Shown piece by piece: positions 1 through 10,330 of a stretch of DNA of 64,000 nt (the first letter of the stretch is position 1; every line of letters starts with the position of its first letter). A program made the translations under genes and the position numbers. The stretch is from contig OZ255721.1 in the NCBI GenBank assembly GCA_965277285.1, positions 2,816,001 through 2,880,000 of the forward strand, in the 5' to 3' direction. The notes under the pieces were generated by a model. The model did not search any database. It had not been told where the DNA came from and was given only the letters and a program-made list of their open reading frames with translations. Source of the DNA: Abditibacteriaceae bacterium. GTDB lineage: Bacteria; Armatimonadota; Abditibacteriia; Abditibacteriales; Abditibacteriaceae.

Positions 1-1046
1 AAGAAGTCGAGAAAAATTTCGCCGATGAGTCGCACGTGCGCTTGATTCGCCAGGAAAACGGTGGCAAAGCGAGCGCTCTCAACCGCGCCATTGAAGCCGC
101 AAACGGCGAAGTTCTGGTGTGTTTCGATGCTGATACGCAAATCGCGCCGGATGCGATTGCGATTATGGCGCGCCATTTCGTGGACGAAGAAGTCGGCGCC
201 GTGGCCGGCAACGTCAAAGTCGGCAATCGCTTGAATTTGCTGACGCGCTGGCAATCGATTGAATACATCACCAGCCAGAACCTGGATCGTCGCGCTTACG
301 CGTTGCTCAACGCGATCACGGTCGTGCCGGGCGCGATTGGCGCGTGGCGGCGCGAAGCTGTGATGGAAGCGGGCGGTTACACGACCGACACGCTGGCTGA
401 AGACATGGATTTGACGTGGCGCATTCGTCGCGCGGGTTGGCGCCTGGCGACCGATAGCGGCGCTCTGGCGTGGACGGAAGCGCCCGATACGGTGCGCGGT
501 TTCTTCAATCAGCGTTTTCGCTGGGCCTATGGAACGCTGCAATGCTTGTGGAAACATCGCGGCGCATTGGGGCGCTATGGCTGGTTCGGCGGCTTGGCGT
601 TGCCGATGTTGTGGCTGTTCCAGTTCGTCTTTCAAGTGATCGCGCCTTTGGTGGACTTGCAGATTTTGTATTCGCTGCTGGGTTTCGCCAACTCGAAAAT
701 CACCAGCGTTGTGCTGCATCAGGATTGGCAGCCGATGACTCAGGCGAAAAGCGACTTGACGAACGTCCTGATTTTCTACGCGATCTTTTTTGCGGCGGAA
801 TTGTTGGGCGCAACGATTGCGTTTTTGCTGGACAAAGAGCGCGTGCGGCAATTGGGCTGGCTGTTTCCGCAGCGTTTCGTGTATCGCCAGTTGATGTATG
901 CTGTGGTGTGGAAAGCGTTGTGGAAAGCAGCGCGCGGCCTGCCTCAAGGCTGGGGCAAACTCCAGCGCAAAGGCACGGTGCAAACGCCAGTCAGCAGCGC
1001 CAATAACGCGGCCAAAACAAAAGAGAACGTTTCAACAGCGCCTTGA
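1..1046 (+). CDS. GT2 family glycosyltransferase, PgaC/IcaA-like C-terminal part (5' end outside the window)
   Basis: [20 protein letters not shown] and QRFRW motifs followed by TM helices; the frame is open back to the window start. Confidence 0.9.
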   Translation, partial: EVEKNFADESHVRLIRQENGGKASALNRAIEAANGEVLVCFDADTQIAPDAIAIMARHFVDEEVGAVAGNVKVGNRLNLLTRWQSIEYITSQNLDRRAYALLNAITVVPGAIGAWRREAVMEAGGYTTDTLAEDMDLTWRIRRAGWRLATDSGALAWTEAPDTVRGFFNQRFRWAYGTLQCLWKHRGALGRYGWFGGLALPMLWLFQFVFQVIAPLVDLQILYSLLGFANSKITSVVLHQDWQPMTQAKSDLTNVLIFYAIFFAAELLGATIAFLLDKERVRQLGWLFPQRFVYRQLMYAVVWKALWKAARGLPQGWGKLQRKGTVQTPVSSANNAAKTKENVSTAP

Positions 1047-1125
1047 GTCCATCGCGCCGTTGTTTGAGGCGTTGTTTGTTGCAGACGTTCGAGTACTCGA
1101 AGTCCTAATTTCTGGAGGAAGAAGA

Positions 1126-1626
1126 ATGATCGAAGTTTGTTCCGATGTTCGTTTCAAAGCGCGTGTGGTGCGCACGGCGTCCGTAGTTGCTGGCGCCGTT
1201 GTTTGTATTGTCACAGCGCAAAACGCGCAGGCCACCATCACGCACCATCAGACGATGGTTTCGTGCAAGACATCCAAAGGCCCGAAAACTATCAAGACTG
1301 CTTCAGGCTTGAAGTATCAGGATTTGCGCGTCGGTACGGGCGCTGTCGCCAAAGCCGGACAAACCGTGACCGTGAATTATCGCGGAATGTTGACCAACGG
1401 CACGGTTTTCGACGAATCGTATAAGCGCGGCGAGCCGTTTACGTTTTTGCTGGGCGGCGGACAAGTGATCAAAGGCTGGGACGAAGGCGTGGCCGGAATG
1501 CGCGTCGGCGGCAAGCGCAAGCTGATCATCCCGCCCGATTTGGGTTATGGCGCGCAAGGCGCTGGCGGCGTTATTCCACCGAACGCAACCCTGATCTTTG
1601 AAGTCGAACTCGTCAAAATTGGCTAA
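1126..1626 (+). CDS. FKBP-type peptidyl-prolyl cis-trans isomerase with signal peptide
   Basis: [53 protein letters not shown] before ATG 1126. Confidence 0.95.
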   Translation: MIEVCSDVRFKARVVRTASVVAGAVVCIVTAQNAQATITHHQTMVSCKTSKGPKTIKTASGLKYQDLRVGTGAVAKAGQTVTVNYRGMLTNGTVFDESYKRGEPFTFLLGGGQVIKGWDEGVAGMRVGGKRKLIIPPDLGYGAQGAGGVIPPNATLIFEVELVKIG

Positions 1627-1646
1627 TTCGAGTACTCGAAACCCAA

Positions 1647-1717
1647 CGAACCCCAAGCGTAAGCGCGGGGGCTGAAGTAGCAGACACTTCAGCCCCCGCG
1701 CTTACGCTTGGGGTTCG
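1647..1717. repeat. REP-like inverted repeat, family A (GAACCCNRAGCGTHAGCG); probable bidirectional terminator
   Basis: 32-bp arms with a short loop between convergent genes; the right arm contains the NUDIX stop codon. Confidence 0.85.
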
Positions 1718-2106
1718 CTGTTTTGTAGCGCCGCAATCAGCGACGCGTTGGCGGCGGGAAACTCAGCCGTTTTCATCTCGCGCGGCAACATCCAGCGCAA
1801 TTCGCTCGCAGCCAGAGTTTGCGGTTCGCCGGAAATGATTTTTGCATCGAACGGAAACAACGTCACCGTGCGATTCGAGTACTCGAATGGGATTGGCTTG
1901 CGTTCGCCAGTAATCTCGATTTCAACGCCTAATTCTTCGCGCGCTTCGCGGATGGCACAATCGCGCGGCACTTCATCGAGTTCACATTTGCCGCCGGGGA
2001 ATTCCCAAAGATTCGGCAAATGTTCGGCGTGGGATAAGCGACGTTGAACCAGAACACGATTGTTGCGCCAGAGCAAAACGATGGCGATGGAAAACGAAGG
2101 CTGCAT
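1702..2106 (-). CDS. mutT: MutT-like NUDIX hydrolase
   Basis: WEFPGGK...AIREAREELG Nudix box; FPAANASLI C-terminal motif. Confidence 0.85.
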   Translation of the reverse strand: MQPSFSIAIVLLWRNNRVLVQRRLSHAEHLPNLWEFPGGKCELDEVPRDCAIREAREELGVEIEITGERKPIPFEYSNRTVTLFPFDAKIISGEPQTLAASELRWMLPREMKTAEFPAANASLIAALQNSEPQA

Positions 2107-2154
2107 GAAAATTGCACTTGTTGGGCGCACGAAATTGCAAGCGGGAGGAACAGG

Positions 2155-2595
2155 ATGAGAAAACGTTTTTTGATAGTTGCCTGTCTGTCGTCGGGCGCGT
2201 TACTTTCACTGGGCGCGATGGTGGCGCCGTCGCGTTCGATGCCGAGGGAAGCGGTTTCGCAGTGCGCAACGGTCGCCAAAGTCACCGGAAATGGCCATCG
2301 TTTCGTTTACAAAAATCTGAACGAACTGGACCTTTCTGGCAACGACAACACGGTAATGGTCGATGGGACTTGTAATTTCCTCAGCGTCACCGGCAACCGC
2401 AACACGATTCAAGTGCAACGCTGCGATGACTTTGAAATCGACGGCAATTTCAATCGCGCCACGCTAAAATTCGCGCAAAACATCACGACGCCAGGCAATG
2501 ATAACAAAGTCACCTGGTCTAAAAGCATTTTGCCGCGCGGCATCGCTATCCTCAATACGGGCAGCCGCAACGCGATTATTCACACGCGCCGTTGA
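2155..2595 (+). CDS. Secreted beta-solenoid repeat protein (DUF3060-like), paralog 1
   Basis: Signal peptide MRKRFLIVACL; repeats of x-G-N/D-x-N-x-V/I. Confidence 0.75.
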   Translation: MRKRFLIVACLSSGALLSLGAMVAPSRSMPREAVSQCATVAKVTGNGHRFVYKNLNELDLSGNDNTVMVDGTCNFLSVTGNRNTIQVQRCDDFEIDGNFNRATLKFAQNITTPGNDNKVTWSKSILPRGIAILNTGSRNAIIHTRR

Positions 2596-2606
2596 AACTG
2601 TCAGAA

Positions 2607-2647
2607 CAAAAAAGTGAGCGTTCGAGTACTCGAATGCTCACTTTTTT
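2607..2647 (+). terminator. Intrinsic terminator hairpin built around TCGAGTACTCGA
   Basis: AAAAAAGTGAGCGT-TCGAGTACTCGA-ATGCTCACTTTTTT. Confidence 0.75.
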
Positions 2648-2746
2648 GTTTTTTGCCGTAACAATTCGTAACGAGAAACGTTAACGCGTCCGATTGTAAA
2701 ATGACGAAACCGAAGTCGCTTTGACAAAACCAACGGGAGAAGCACG

Positions 2747-3361
2747 ATGAGAAAACAGTTGCGCGCGACGTGGTTTGTAGTTGGCATTGCCCTGGCGAAC
2801 GGTGTGATAATGCCGTCGCATGCGGTTCCGGTTCCTCCGCCGGTTCAGGTGCCTTATCATTCTTCGCCGGATTTCAACATCACCGACAGCAATCGTCGCT
2901 TCACCTTCACCAATCAGGGAACGGTGAACCTGGTCGGCAACAACGACATTCTGTTCATCAAAGGGCATTGCGACGAAATCAACGTTACGGGTCACGACGA
3001 TACCGTCTTTATGGGCGAATGTGCTTATCCCAATATCTCCGGCCACAACAACATCGTCAAGATACTGCACGATTGCAATGTTCTCGATGCTCTCGGCTCG
3101 CGCAACGACATCGCTGTCGAAGGTCATTGCCACGATCTCAACATTTACAACGCGGGCAACAGCGCAAACGTCGATATTTTAGACAACCTTTTGATCAAAG
3201 GCAACCATAACGCCATCAAGATTCGCCTGGCCGCTGGCGGACGCATCGAAGGCGACGATAACACCGTTATTTATCAGCACGGCATAGGACGCGATCACAT
3301 TACGGTCAGCCAGCGATTTGATGTGCGAGGTCGGCGCAACACCGTAAAACGAGTCCCTTAG
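2747..3361 (+). CDS. Secreted beta-solenoid repeat protein (DUF3060-like), paralog 2
   Basis: Signal peptide; GNND/GHNN repeats; C-terminal IYQHGIGRDHITVSQRFDVRGRRNTVKRVP. Confidence 0.8.
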   Translation: MRKQLRATWFVVGIALANGVIMPSHAVPVPPPVQVPYHSSPDFNITDSNRRFTFTNQGTVNLVGNNDILFIKGHCDEINVTGHDDTVFMGECAYPNISGHNNIVKILHDCNVLDALGSRNDIAVEGHCHDLNIYNAGNSANVDILDNLLIKGNHNAIKIRLAAGGRIEGDDNTVIYQHGIGRDHITVSQRFDVRGRRNTVKRVP

Positions 3362-3365
3362 TGAG

Positions 3366-3403
3366 AAAAAGCGAGCATTCGAGTACTCGAATGCTCGCTT
3401 TTG
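3366..3403 (+). terminator. Terminator hairpin built around TCGAGTACTCGA
   Basis: AAAAAGCGAGCAT-TCGAGTACTCGA-ATGCTCGCTTTT. Confidence 0.75.
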
Positions 3404-3537
3404 GCGGGTCGCAAGAAACTCGACCTAAAGCGTTTCCGTATTCGAGGGAAGACCGGGAGGAAAGACAAAGTTGCAGATGTTGCGCACCGTCGCATCAATT
3501 CGCCGTTCAAAAATGGCAAGCGCAGGAGAGTGCGAGA

Positions 3538-4419
3538 ATGAGAAGCAAGCGGTTTTGGACAGCGATTTTCGTCTTGTTCGGCCTGATGTTGGCAAACGGC
3601 GCGCTAACGCCAATTCACTCGGTGCCGTTTCAAACAAGTTCGCGTTGTTATAACGAGAGCGACACGACTCACATCAGCGGTGATAATGGAAGATACACTT
3701 TTGGCAAAAAAAGCGCGATTGACATTGAAGACGGTAACGGCAACTATGTGGACGTGCAAACGTGCGACATCAAACTGCTCGTGGAAAGCGACGACAACAC
3801 TGTCGTTATTCATAGCGGCGTTTGCAAATATATCGACATTCAGGGCAAGAACAATAAAATTGTCCTGAAAGGGAATTGCCTGCTGCTCTCCGTTCTCAAC
3901 GACAACAACACCGTCATCGCACAGGGAACGGGGACAATTCAACTTCTTGGCAGCCACAATGCCGTAAACGCTGCTACCATCGACTCCGCACTGCGGCCCC
4001 AGGACGTTGTGGCACAAACAGAACGCCCTCATAGAGGTGCTCCCAGGCCAAACCGCGACATACACGATTTACACGGCGTGCTTATCTGGGGCAGCGATAA
4101 CAAAATCACCATTCATCAAGGTGCTTGCGACACGATCAAAATCTCCGGCAAGGGCAACACGGTTTCGATGAGCAGTTCCTGTCAGACGCTCGAGGTGACG
4201 AACACCGGCCATAGCAACAAAATCAAAGTCGATGCGCTGAGCAACCTTCTGCTGCGTGGCAGCCTCAACGCGATTCGCATCGACAAAGCCGGTGGCGGAG
4301 AAATCACCGGCAACGACAACAGCGTGATTTATCAGCACGGCGTGGGACGCGGACACATCACCGTTGCTGAACGATTCAAAGTGACGGGACAGCGCGACAC
4401 CGTAAAACGAGTTCCTTGA
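3538..4419 (+). CDS. Secreted beta-solenoid repeat protein (DUF3060-like), paralog 3 (long form)
   Basis: AGGAG RBS then MRSKRFWTAIFVL signal peptide; same repeats and C-terminal motif. Confidence 0.8.
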   Translation: MRSKRFWTAIFVLFGLMLANGALTPIHSVPFQTSSRCYNESDTTHISGDNGRYTFGKKSAIDIEDGNGNYVDVQTCDIKLLVESDDNTVVIHSGVCKYIDIQGKNNKIVLKGNCLLLSVLNDNNTVIAQGTGTIQLLGSHNAVNAATIDSALRPQDVVAQTERPHRGAPRPNRDIHDLHGVLIWGSDNKITIHQGACDTIKISGKGNTVSMSSSCQTLEVTNTGHSNKIKVDALSNLLLRGSLNAIRIDKAGGGEITGNDNSVIYQHGVGRGHITVAERFKVTGQRDTVKRVP

Positions 4420-4542
4420 GCAAAACGGCGTGCGTTCGAGTACTCGAATGCGCGCCTGGCGTCTTGTGGTGAACGGTGTGCAAAGGAAAAGGAAGTTGCG
4501 CCCGTTCGATCCTTTGTCTGGAACGAAGCACCTGGGAGAAAT

Positions 4543-5133
4543 ATGATGAGAAAACAGTATTTGGCACTAGGATTAGTTGTATGCGGCGCGATAAGTATAA
4601 GCAGCGTGATGATGGCGCCGCTGCAGGCGATGTCCGCTAAGGCACATTCGCGTTGTCAGGCGAGCAATCTCTATCAACAGGTCATTCGCGGCAAAGGTGG
4701 TCACTACAACTTCACAACAGCGTTGGAAAGCGTCAGCATTTACGGCGATAACAACGTTGTGACGGGATCATTCGGCCATACCAACGTTTATGGCAACGGC
4801 AACTTCGTGACCAATAATTTGGATCAATGGAGCGTATGCTACAAAACGGTTATTCAAGGTCAGAATAACCGTTTTGCGGTGCATAGCCTCTGTGGCGATC
4901 TTCTAATCGACAAAGCCGCCACGGGCAACCACGTTTCGATCGAAGTGCTTGTCGATCTTCTCCTTAAAGGCGACAACAACGGCGTCATCCTCATGACGGC
5001 AGTTGATGGTCGCATTACAGGCAACCATAACGTTATCCACTACGTTCGTTTAGTAGGAGAAGACGATAAGGATGTAAGCCAAAGGTTCAATGATACGGGC
5101 AAAGGCAACCGAATTGATGGAGAAAGTCGATAA
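4543..5133 (+). CDS. Secreted beta-solenoid repeat protein (DUF3060-like), paralog 4
   Basis: Signal peptide; GDNN/GNGN repeats; diverged C-terminal motif. Confidence 0.8.
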   Translation: MMRKQYLALGLVVCGAISISSVMMAPLQAMSAKAHSRCQASNLYQQVIRGKGGHYNFTTALESVSIYGDNNVVTGSFGHTNVYGNGNFVTNNLDQWSVCYKTVIQGQNNRFAVHSLCGDLLIDKAATGNHVSIEVLVDLLLKGDNNGVILMTAVDGRITGNHNVIHYVRLVGEDDKDVSQRFNDTGKGNRIDGESR

Positions 5134-5175
5134 AGATGTGAATCAAAGGTTCAAAGATACGGGCAAAGGCAACCG
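5065..5175 (+). repeat. Imperfect 47-bp direct repeat of the paralog 4 3' end
   Basis: 5065-5111 versus 5129-5175; both copies read DKDVxQRFxDTGKGNR. Confidence 0.85.
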
Positions 5176-5241
5176 GATGATCCACGACAAGCCTCCTCTA
5201 CAACTCTGAGGTTTGAGGACAAGCGTAACAGGAGAAAGGCG

Positions 5242-5811
5242 ATGCGAAAACTTTGGTTGGCCGTTGTTTTAACGATGTCTGGCGCGCTGATAACGCCGCT
5301 TCATTCGACGCAGGCCGATACGACCGATCATCCGTATGTGCGGCGCGGGCCGGATAAAAGCATCGAAGGCAACGGCGGAAACTACACTCTCGACGGTCAA
5401 TACAACAACGTCCTAATCAAAGGCAACTACAACACAGTTGTCGTAACTGGAGCGACCGATTACGTCAGTGTCTATGGTTTCGGCAACGCCATTGTGCTGC
5501 GCGGCAGCGACCGTTTTATCCATACGACTTACGTGTCTGGTCACAGCAACAACACGACAATCGAAGGTCGTTGTGGAAATTTCAACATCGATACAGGCGG
5601 CGACGGCAATTCGGTCAAGGCGAGCGCGCTGGATTCCCTGCTGCTCAAAGCCGATCACAACACGATCAACATCGGCAAGGCGGGTGGCGGCTGGATTCAG
5701 GGCAACGATAACACGGTTATTTATCAACACGGCGTGGGGCGCGGACACATCACCATCAGCCAGCGGTTCACCGTCACCGGCAAGCGCAATACGGTGCAGA
5801 GAATTCCCTGA
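5242..5811 (+). CDS. Secreted beta-solenoid repeat protein (DUF3060-like), paralog 5
   Basis: AGGAG RBS; signal peptide; C-terminal IYQHGVGRGHITISQRFTVTGKRNTVQRIP. Confidence 0.8.
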   Translation: MRKLWLAVVLTMSGALITPLHSTQADTTDHPYVRRGPDKSIEGNGGNYTLDGQYNNVLIKGNYNTVVVTGATDYVSVYGFGNAIVLRGSDRFIHTTYVSGHSNNTTIEGRCGNFNIDTGGDGNSVKASALDSLLLKADHNTINIGKAGGGWIQGNDNTVIYQHGVGRGHITISQRFTVTGKRNTVQRIP

Positions 5812-5933
5812 AGCGCAGCCTGAACTGAGAGATCGAGTACTCGAATCGCGCTTTCTGAACGAGTCGCAAGAAGACAAAAGCAGAAGCGTTAACCCGAAGA
5901 ATTGCGGCGATAACGCAAAAGTAAAAAAGGAGA

Positions 5934-6836
5934 ATGATGAACAAATTTTCAGCGATGAGTTTGGTGGTGTGCGGCATTTTATTGGTGAACTACGCGACGA
6001 AGCCAGTGCATTCAACGCCGTTTGGAGCGAAATTCGGCGTCACAACAAGCTCACATTGTGACGACGACCCGAACTACACGGTTGGCGGCGATAACGGAAC
6101 TTTCAATTTCGGCCACAAAGACTGGATCGGCATTATCGGCAGCGGCAATACGGTTGTCGCCAATACGTGCGATGAACTCGTCATCAATGGCGACCGCAAC
6201 ACCGTGACCATTCAGGGCGGCGCCTGCAAGTCGATTTACAATTCTGGACGGCACAACAAAATTATCGTCCAGGGCAGCTGCCAATTGCTGCGCATGGACT
6301 GGGATCACAACGCTGTCATCGCCAACGAACTGGGCACGGTTCAACTGATCGGCAGCCACAATGCTGTTACGGCCAACGTCATCAACCCGACCCTGCGCCC
6401 GATTGACATTTTGAAGTCGTTGGGCGGCGTTGCCATAGGCCGTCACCATCCTCAACCGCAGCCCGATCCTGACTTGCAAAACCTGATGGGGGTGGTGATC
6501 CGGGGCAACAACAACAAAGTCACTTTGAACGGCGGGCATTGCGATACGATCAAAATCGCCGGACAGGTCAACGAAGTTTCGCTGAGCGGATCGTGCCAGA
6601 ACCTTGATGTCACCGCCACCGGACAAAACGTCGTGGCCAAAGTGGCGGTGTTGAACGATCTCCAGTTGGAAGGCAACCTGAACTCCATCACCATCGACAA
6701 AGCCAGTGGCGGCACGATTTCAGGCAACGACGATACCGTGATTTATCAACATGGCGTAGGACGTGGACACATCACCGTCGCTGAACGATTCAAAGTGACG
6801 GGACAACGCGACACCGTAAAACGCGTGACTTCTTAA
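5934..6836 (+). CDS. Secreted beta-solenoid repeat protein (DUF3060-like), paralog 6 (long form)
   Basis: AAGGAG RBS; collinear with paralog 3 and shares an identical 30-aa C-terminal block. Confidence 0.8.
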   Translation: MMNKFSAMSLVVCGILLVNYATKPVHSTPFGAKFGVTTSSHCDDDPNYTVGGDNGTFNFGHKDWIGIIGSGNTVVANTCDELVINGDRNTVTIQGGACKSIYNSGRHNKIIVQGSCQLLRMDWDHNAVIANELGTVQLIGSHNAVTANVINPTLRPIDILKSLGGVAIGRHHPQPQPDPDLQNLMGVVIRGNNNKVTLNGGHCDTIKIAGQVNEVSLSGSCQNLDVTATGQNVVAKVAVLNDLQLEGNLNSITIDKASGGTISGNDDTVIYQHGVGRGHITVAERFKVTGQRDTVKRVTS

Positions 6837-6968
6837 ATGGTGTGAAGCCGTTACGCGCTCTATGGCGGCTGCCACGACATAAGACGCCAAACCCGCACCA
6901 CTGGTCAATGTGACGAAAAAAGGCGCGCTTGCAAGTACTCGAAGGCGCGCCCTTTGTTTTGCTACGAT

Positions 6969-8291
6969 TTAATCCAGAGGCCGCAACACCATTCCCGTCA
7001 CCAGTTTTGGGTAAAAATACGTCGATTTTTGCGGCATTTTATCGCCTGCGTCGGCCACGCTTTGCACTTGTTCAACCGGCGTCGAGCGCAAAATGAAAGC
7101 GAGTTGATATTCTTCCTGATCGACTTTATCAATCGCTTCGGGCGAGGAAATCGTATAGGAAACATGACCGCCCGCCGCCAATTCATCCGGCCCAATTCCT
7201 ATCAAGCGTTGCATAATCAAGGTGTGCAAAACCGAAACGTCCAGGTCGTTGTAAGCGCGGCTGCGTTCGCTGTCCATTTGCGCCAGATGTTCGTCGCCTT
7301 CGTGCAATTGCAACAAGTAAGCGCGCCCGGGCAACGCCAAACCCAAGCGTCCGCGCGATTGTGGCGATTCGCTCAATTTGTCGAGCAACATGGCGCTTTG
7401 CTGCGGCGCGCTGTGATATTCGATTTCTTCGACATCGAAATGTTCGCTCAAAGCCTGCAACAAATTTTCGACTTTGGACGCGTCCGCGTTTTTCACCAAA
7501 CGATGCGTTGGCAAAACGACTAAACCGTCGTCGCTTGTCGAAACGCACATCATCAAGACGTAGTTTTCGTTTTCTTCGCCCGTCCAGTTTTGGCCGCTGC
7601 TTTCCGCTTTGGTCTGGCATTCGTTGCGATAGTTGAGCGCGGTTTCGTAGCGATGATGACCATCGGCGATGAAAATCGCTTCGTCTTCGAGCGCGGCTTC
7701 AATCGCGTTGCACGATTCGTCGTCCTGCAAAACCCACAAACGCTGAACCACGCCATCGTTATCGACAGCCTGCGCGTCCGGCTGGTGATTGCACACGGTT
7801 TCGAGTACTCGTTCGACCCAACCATCGCTGTCATTGAACAAACCGAATATCGGCGAAGTATTAGTGCGAGCCGCGCGCAGCAAGTTCAAGCGATCTTGTT
7901 TCGGGCCACTTAATGTGTGTTCGTGTGGCTTGACGACATCGCCAAACTCTTCCAAGCGAAGAGCGCCCAGAACACCGCGCCGCTTTTTGGTTTCGCCGCT
8001 GCCAGGAACCTCAAACTCTTGTTCGTAAATATAAAACGATTGTTCGTCGCGCTTCAAAACGCCTTGCGCTTGCCACTCTTTCAACGTCGCGTCAGCTTGT
8101 TGATATTGTTCGTCGGTGGCTTGCGTTCCATACGGCGCAGGCAGTTCGACGGCGATGATGTTGAACGGGCTTTTGCCCAAAAGTTCGTCGCGGTAAGCGC
8201 CTTTCACGACATCATACGGCGGCGCAATGACATCTGTCAGGTTCACTTTGTCGGAGTAGCGCAGTCCACGAAATTGAATAAATTCGGCCAT
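6969..8291 (-). CDS. DUF1015 family protein
   Basis: FRGLRY, VIAPPYDV, PHEHT, IADGHHRYETA, MPQKSTYFYPK; AAGGA RBS before ATG 8291. Confidence 0.9.
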   Translation of the reverse strand: MAEFIQFRGLRYSDKVNLTDVIAPPYDVVKGAYRDELLGKSPFNIIAVELPAPYGTQATDEQYQQADATLKEWQAQGVLKRDEQSFYIYEQEFEVPGSGETKKRRGVLGALRLEEFGDVVKPHEHTLSGPKQDRLNLLRAARTNTSPIFGLFNDSDGWVERVLETVCNHQPDAQAVDNDGVVQRLWVLQDDESCNAIEAALEDEAIFIADGHHRYETALNYRNECQTKAESSGQNWTGEENENYVLMMCVSTSDDGLVVLPTHRLVKNADASKVENLLQALSEHFDVEEIEYHSAPQQSAMLLDKLSESPQSRGRLGLALPGRAYLLQLHEGDEHLAQMDSERSRAYNDLDVSVLHTLIMQRLIGIGPDELAAGGHVSYTISSPEAIDKVDQEEYQLAFILRSTPVEQVQSVADAGDKMPQKSTYFYPKLVTGMVLRPLD

Positions 8292-8422
8292 ATTTTCCTT
8301 TGTAAATGTGATGGTTACACCAACTTTGTTCGCAAAAACGGCGCAAATGAACGCTATTTTATTATGAAAAAGTTGCGTTGTTTTGCGTTGTTTTTGCGAA
8401 CAAAGTTGGTGTAACCATCGAG

Positions 8423-10039
8423 TTACTTTTCTATCAGCGATTGGCCTGTCATAACGGCAGGTTGAGCAACGCCCAGCAATTCTAAAAGCGTCGGCGAGAC
8501 ATCGGCCAAGCGTCCGCCGCTGCGCAATCGAGTACTCGAAACGTCTTTGCCGACCAAAATGCACGGCACTGGATTGGTCGTGTGCGCCGTGTGCGGCTCG
8601 CCGGTTTTGTAGTCGAGCATCTGCTCGCAATTACCATGATCGGCGATCACCAGCAGAACGCCGTTGACGTGTTCAATTGCTTTGAGGACTTCGCCCAAAC
8701 CTTTGTCAGCGGCTTCGACACTTTCAATGGCTGCCGCCAAAATGCCGGTGTGACCGACCATATCGGGATTGGCGTAATTCAAAACGATCAAGTCGTATTT
8801 CTCGCTTTCAATCGCCGCCACGACTTTTTGCGTGACTTCCCATGAACTCATCGCCGGTTGCAAATCGTAAGTCGCCACTTTCGGACTGGAAACAAGTATG
8901 CGATCTTCACCTTCCCACGGCGTTTCCAAACCGCCAGAAAAGAAGTACGTGACGTGCGGATATTTTTCGGTTTCGGCGATGCGCAACTGCTTCAAGCCAG
9001 CTTTAGCGACGGTTTCGCCCAAGCCGTCACGCTGCGGGCGCGGTTCAAAGGCAATCGGGCAGGGAAGTTCCGCAGAATAGCGCGTCATCGTCGTGTAATT
9101 GACGCGCGGCCACACGTTGCGACGAAACTTGGTCACAATCGGCGGATGATCGGCTTCGGCTGCGCCCGGCTCCTGCGAGACTTCTTTTAGCGAATCATTA
9201 AATGCTTCGTCGGTGAAAACCTGCGTCAGTTCGCGGCCTCGATCCGAACGATAATTGAAAAACAAAACCGCGTCGTTATCGGCAATGCGCGGCAAAATTT
9301 GGCCGTTTTCTGCAATCGCCGTCGCATGAATGAACTCGTCGTTTTCGCCACGCGCATACGCTTCCTTGATAGCGGAAATCGCGTCCGGCGCGACGTGACC
9401 TTTGCCTTCGGTCAGGCATTCGTAAGCCTGTTGCACACGTTCCCAGCGATTGTCACGATCCATCGCGTAATAGCGCCCGATGACTGACGCGATGCGTCCG
9501 ATGCCGAACTTCTTCATCTGGTCGAGTACTCGATTGAGGTAGATTTGGGCGCTTTGCGGCGGCGTGTCGCGGCCATCGGTGAAGGCGTGCAAAAACACTT
9601 TGTCGGGCGCCAAACCTTCGCGCTGACACATTTCAATCAAGGCCAGGATGTGCGTTTCACTCGAATGCACGCTGCCATCAGACACCAAACCCATCAAATG
9701 GAAATTGGTGTTGTGGATTTTTGCATGATTCATGCTGGCGCGAATCGCTTCGTTTTTGAAGAACTCGCCGCTATCGATTTCGCGGTCAATCAAAAGCGAA
9801 TCTTGCCACACGACGCGCCCGGCGCCGATATTCAAATGTCCGACTTCACTGTTGCCGAAAACGCCGGGCTGCAAGCCGACATCGTTGCCGCTGGCGCTTA
9901 AAGTCGTGTGCGGACAATCGTTCCAGATGTGGTCGAAGTTAGGCGTGTTGCCCAGCGTGACAGCGTTGGCGACCGGATTATCGGACAAGCCCCAGCCGTC
10001 GAGAATGCACAACATCACGGGTTTGTTTTTTGGTGTCAT
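8423..10039 (-). CDS. gpmI: 2,3-bisphosphoglycerate-independent phosphoglycerate mutase
   Basis: ILDGWG, GNSEVGHLNIGAGR, FTDGRD, AETEKYPHVTYFF, NPDMVGHTG, ADHGN. Confidence 0.97.
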   Translation of the reverse strand: MTPKNKPVMLCILDGWGLSDNPVANAVTLGNTPNFDHIWNDCPHTTLSASGNDVGLQPGVFGNSEVGHLNIGAGRVVWQDSLLIDREIDSGEFFKNEAIRASMNHAKIHNTNFHLMGLVSDGSVHSSETHILALIEMCQREGLAPDKVFLHAFTDGRDTPPQSAQIYLNRVLDQMKKFGIGRIASVIGRYYAMDRDNRWERVQQAYECLTEGKGHVAPDAISAIKEAYARGENDEFIHATAIAENGQILPRIADNDAVLFFNYRSDRGRELTQVFTDEAFNDSLKEVSQEPGAAEADHPPIVTKFRRNVWPRVNYTTMTRYSAELPCPIAFEPRPQRDGLGETVAKAGLKQLRIAETEKYPHVTYFFSGGLETPWEGEDRILVSSPKVATYDLQPAMSSWEVTQKVVAAIESEKYDLIVLNYANPDMVGHTGILAAAIESVEAADKGLGEVLKAIEHVNGVLLVIADHGNCEQMLDYKTGEPHTAHTTNPVPCILVGKDVSSTRLRSGGRLADVSPTLLELLGVAQPAVMTGQSLIEK

Positions 10040-10130
10040 AAGGTTTGGGTTCGAGTACGGGAATCGAGTACTCGAAATGAGGAAATACAAACGATCAAGC
10101 GCGGCGAGTTTAACGCGATGATGACCGAGA

Positions 10131-10240
10131 TTGTAGGGGCGAGGCACGCCTCGCCCGAAACTTGCGCGACGACAAAAGATCGCATGGCGAAGCGACGGAA
10201 CAACAGGGAACAACGGGCGAGGCATGCCTCGCCCCTACAA
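10131..10240. repeat. GTAG-type REP doublet (GTAGGGGCGAGGCRYGCCTCGCCC), family B
   Basis: Two inverted copies, each with an internal hairpin; the same unit occurs at 36910-36979. Confidence 0.85.
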
Positions 10241-10330
10241 TGTATTGGCGACACAAAAGAAAAGAGCACCCGCGCGATGCGGATGCTCTTTTTGTCGTTA
10301 GCACGTCGTTAATAATTCTGGCGAGACGTC

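Noticed and set aside
2155..6956. Paralog array as an integron cassette array or DGR target
   Set aside because: Spacers lack RYYYAAC/GTTRRRY attC ends, no integrase or reverse transcriptase is present, and differences between paralogs are not adenine-specific.
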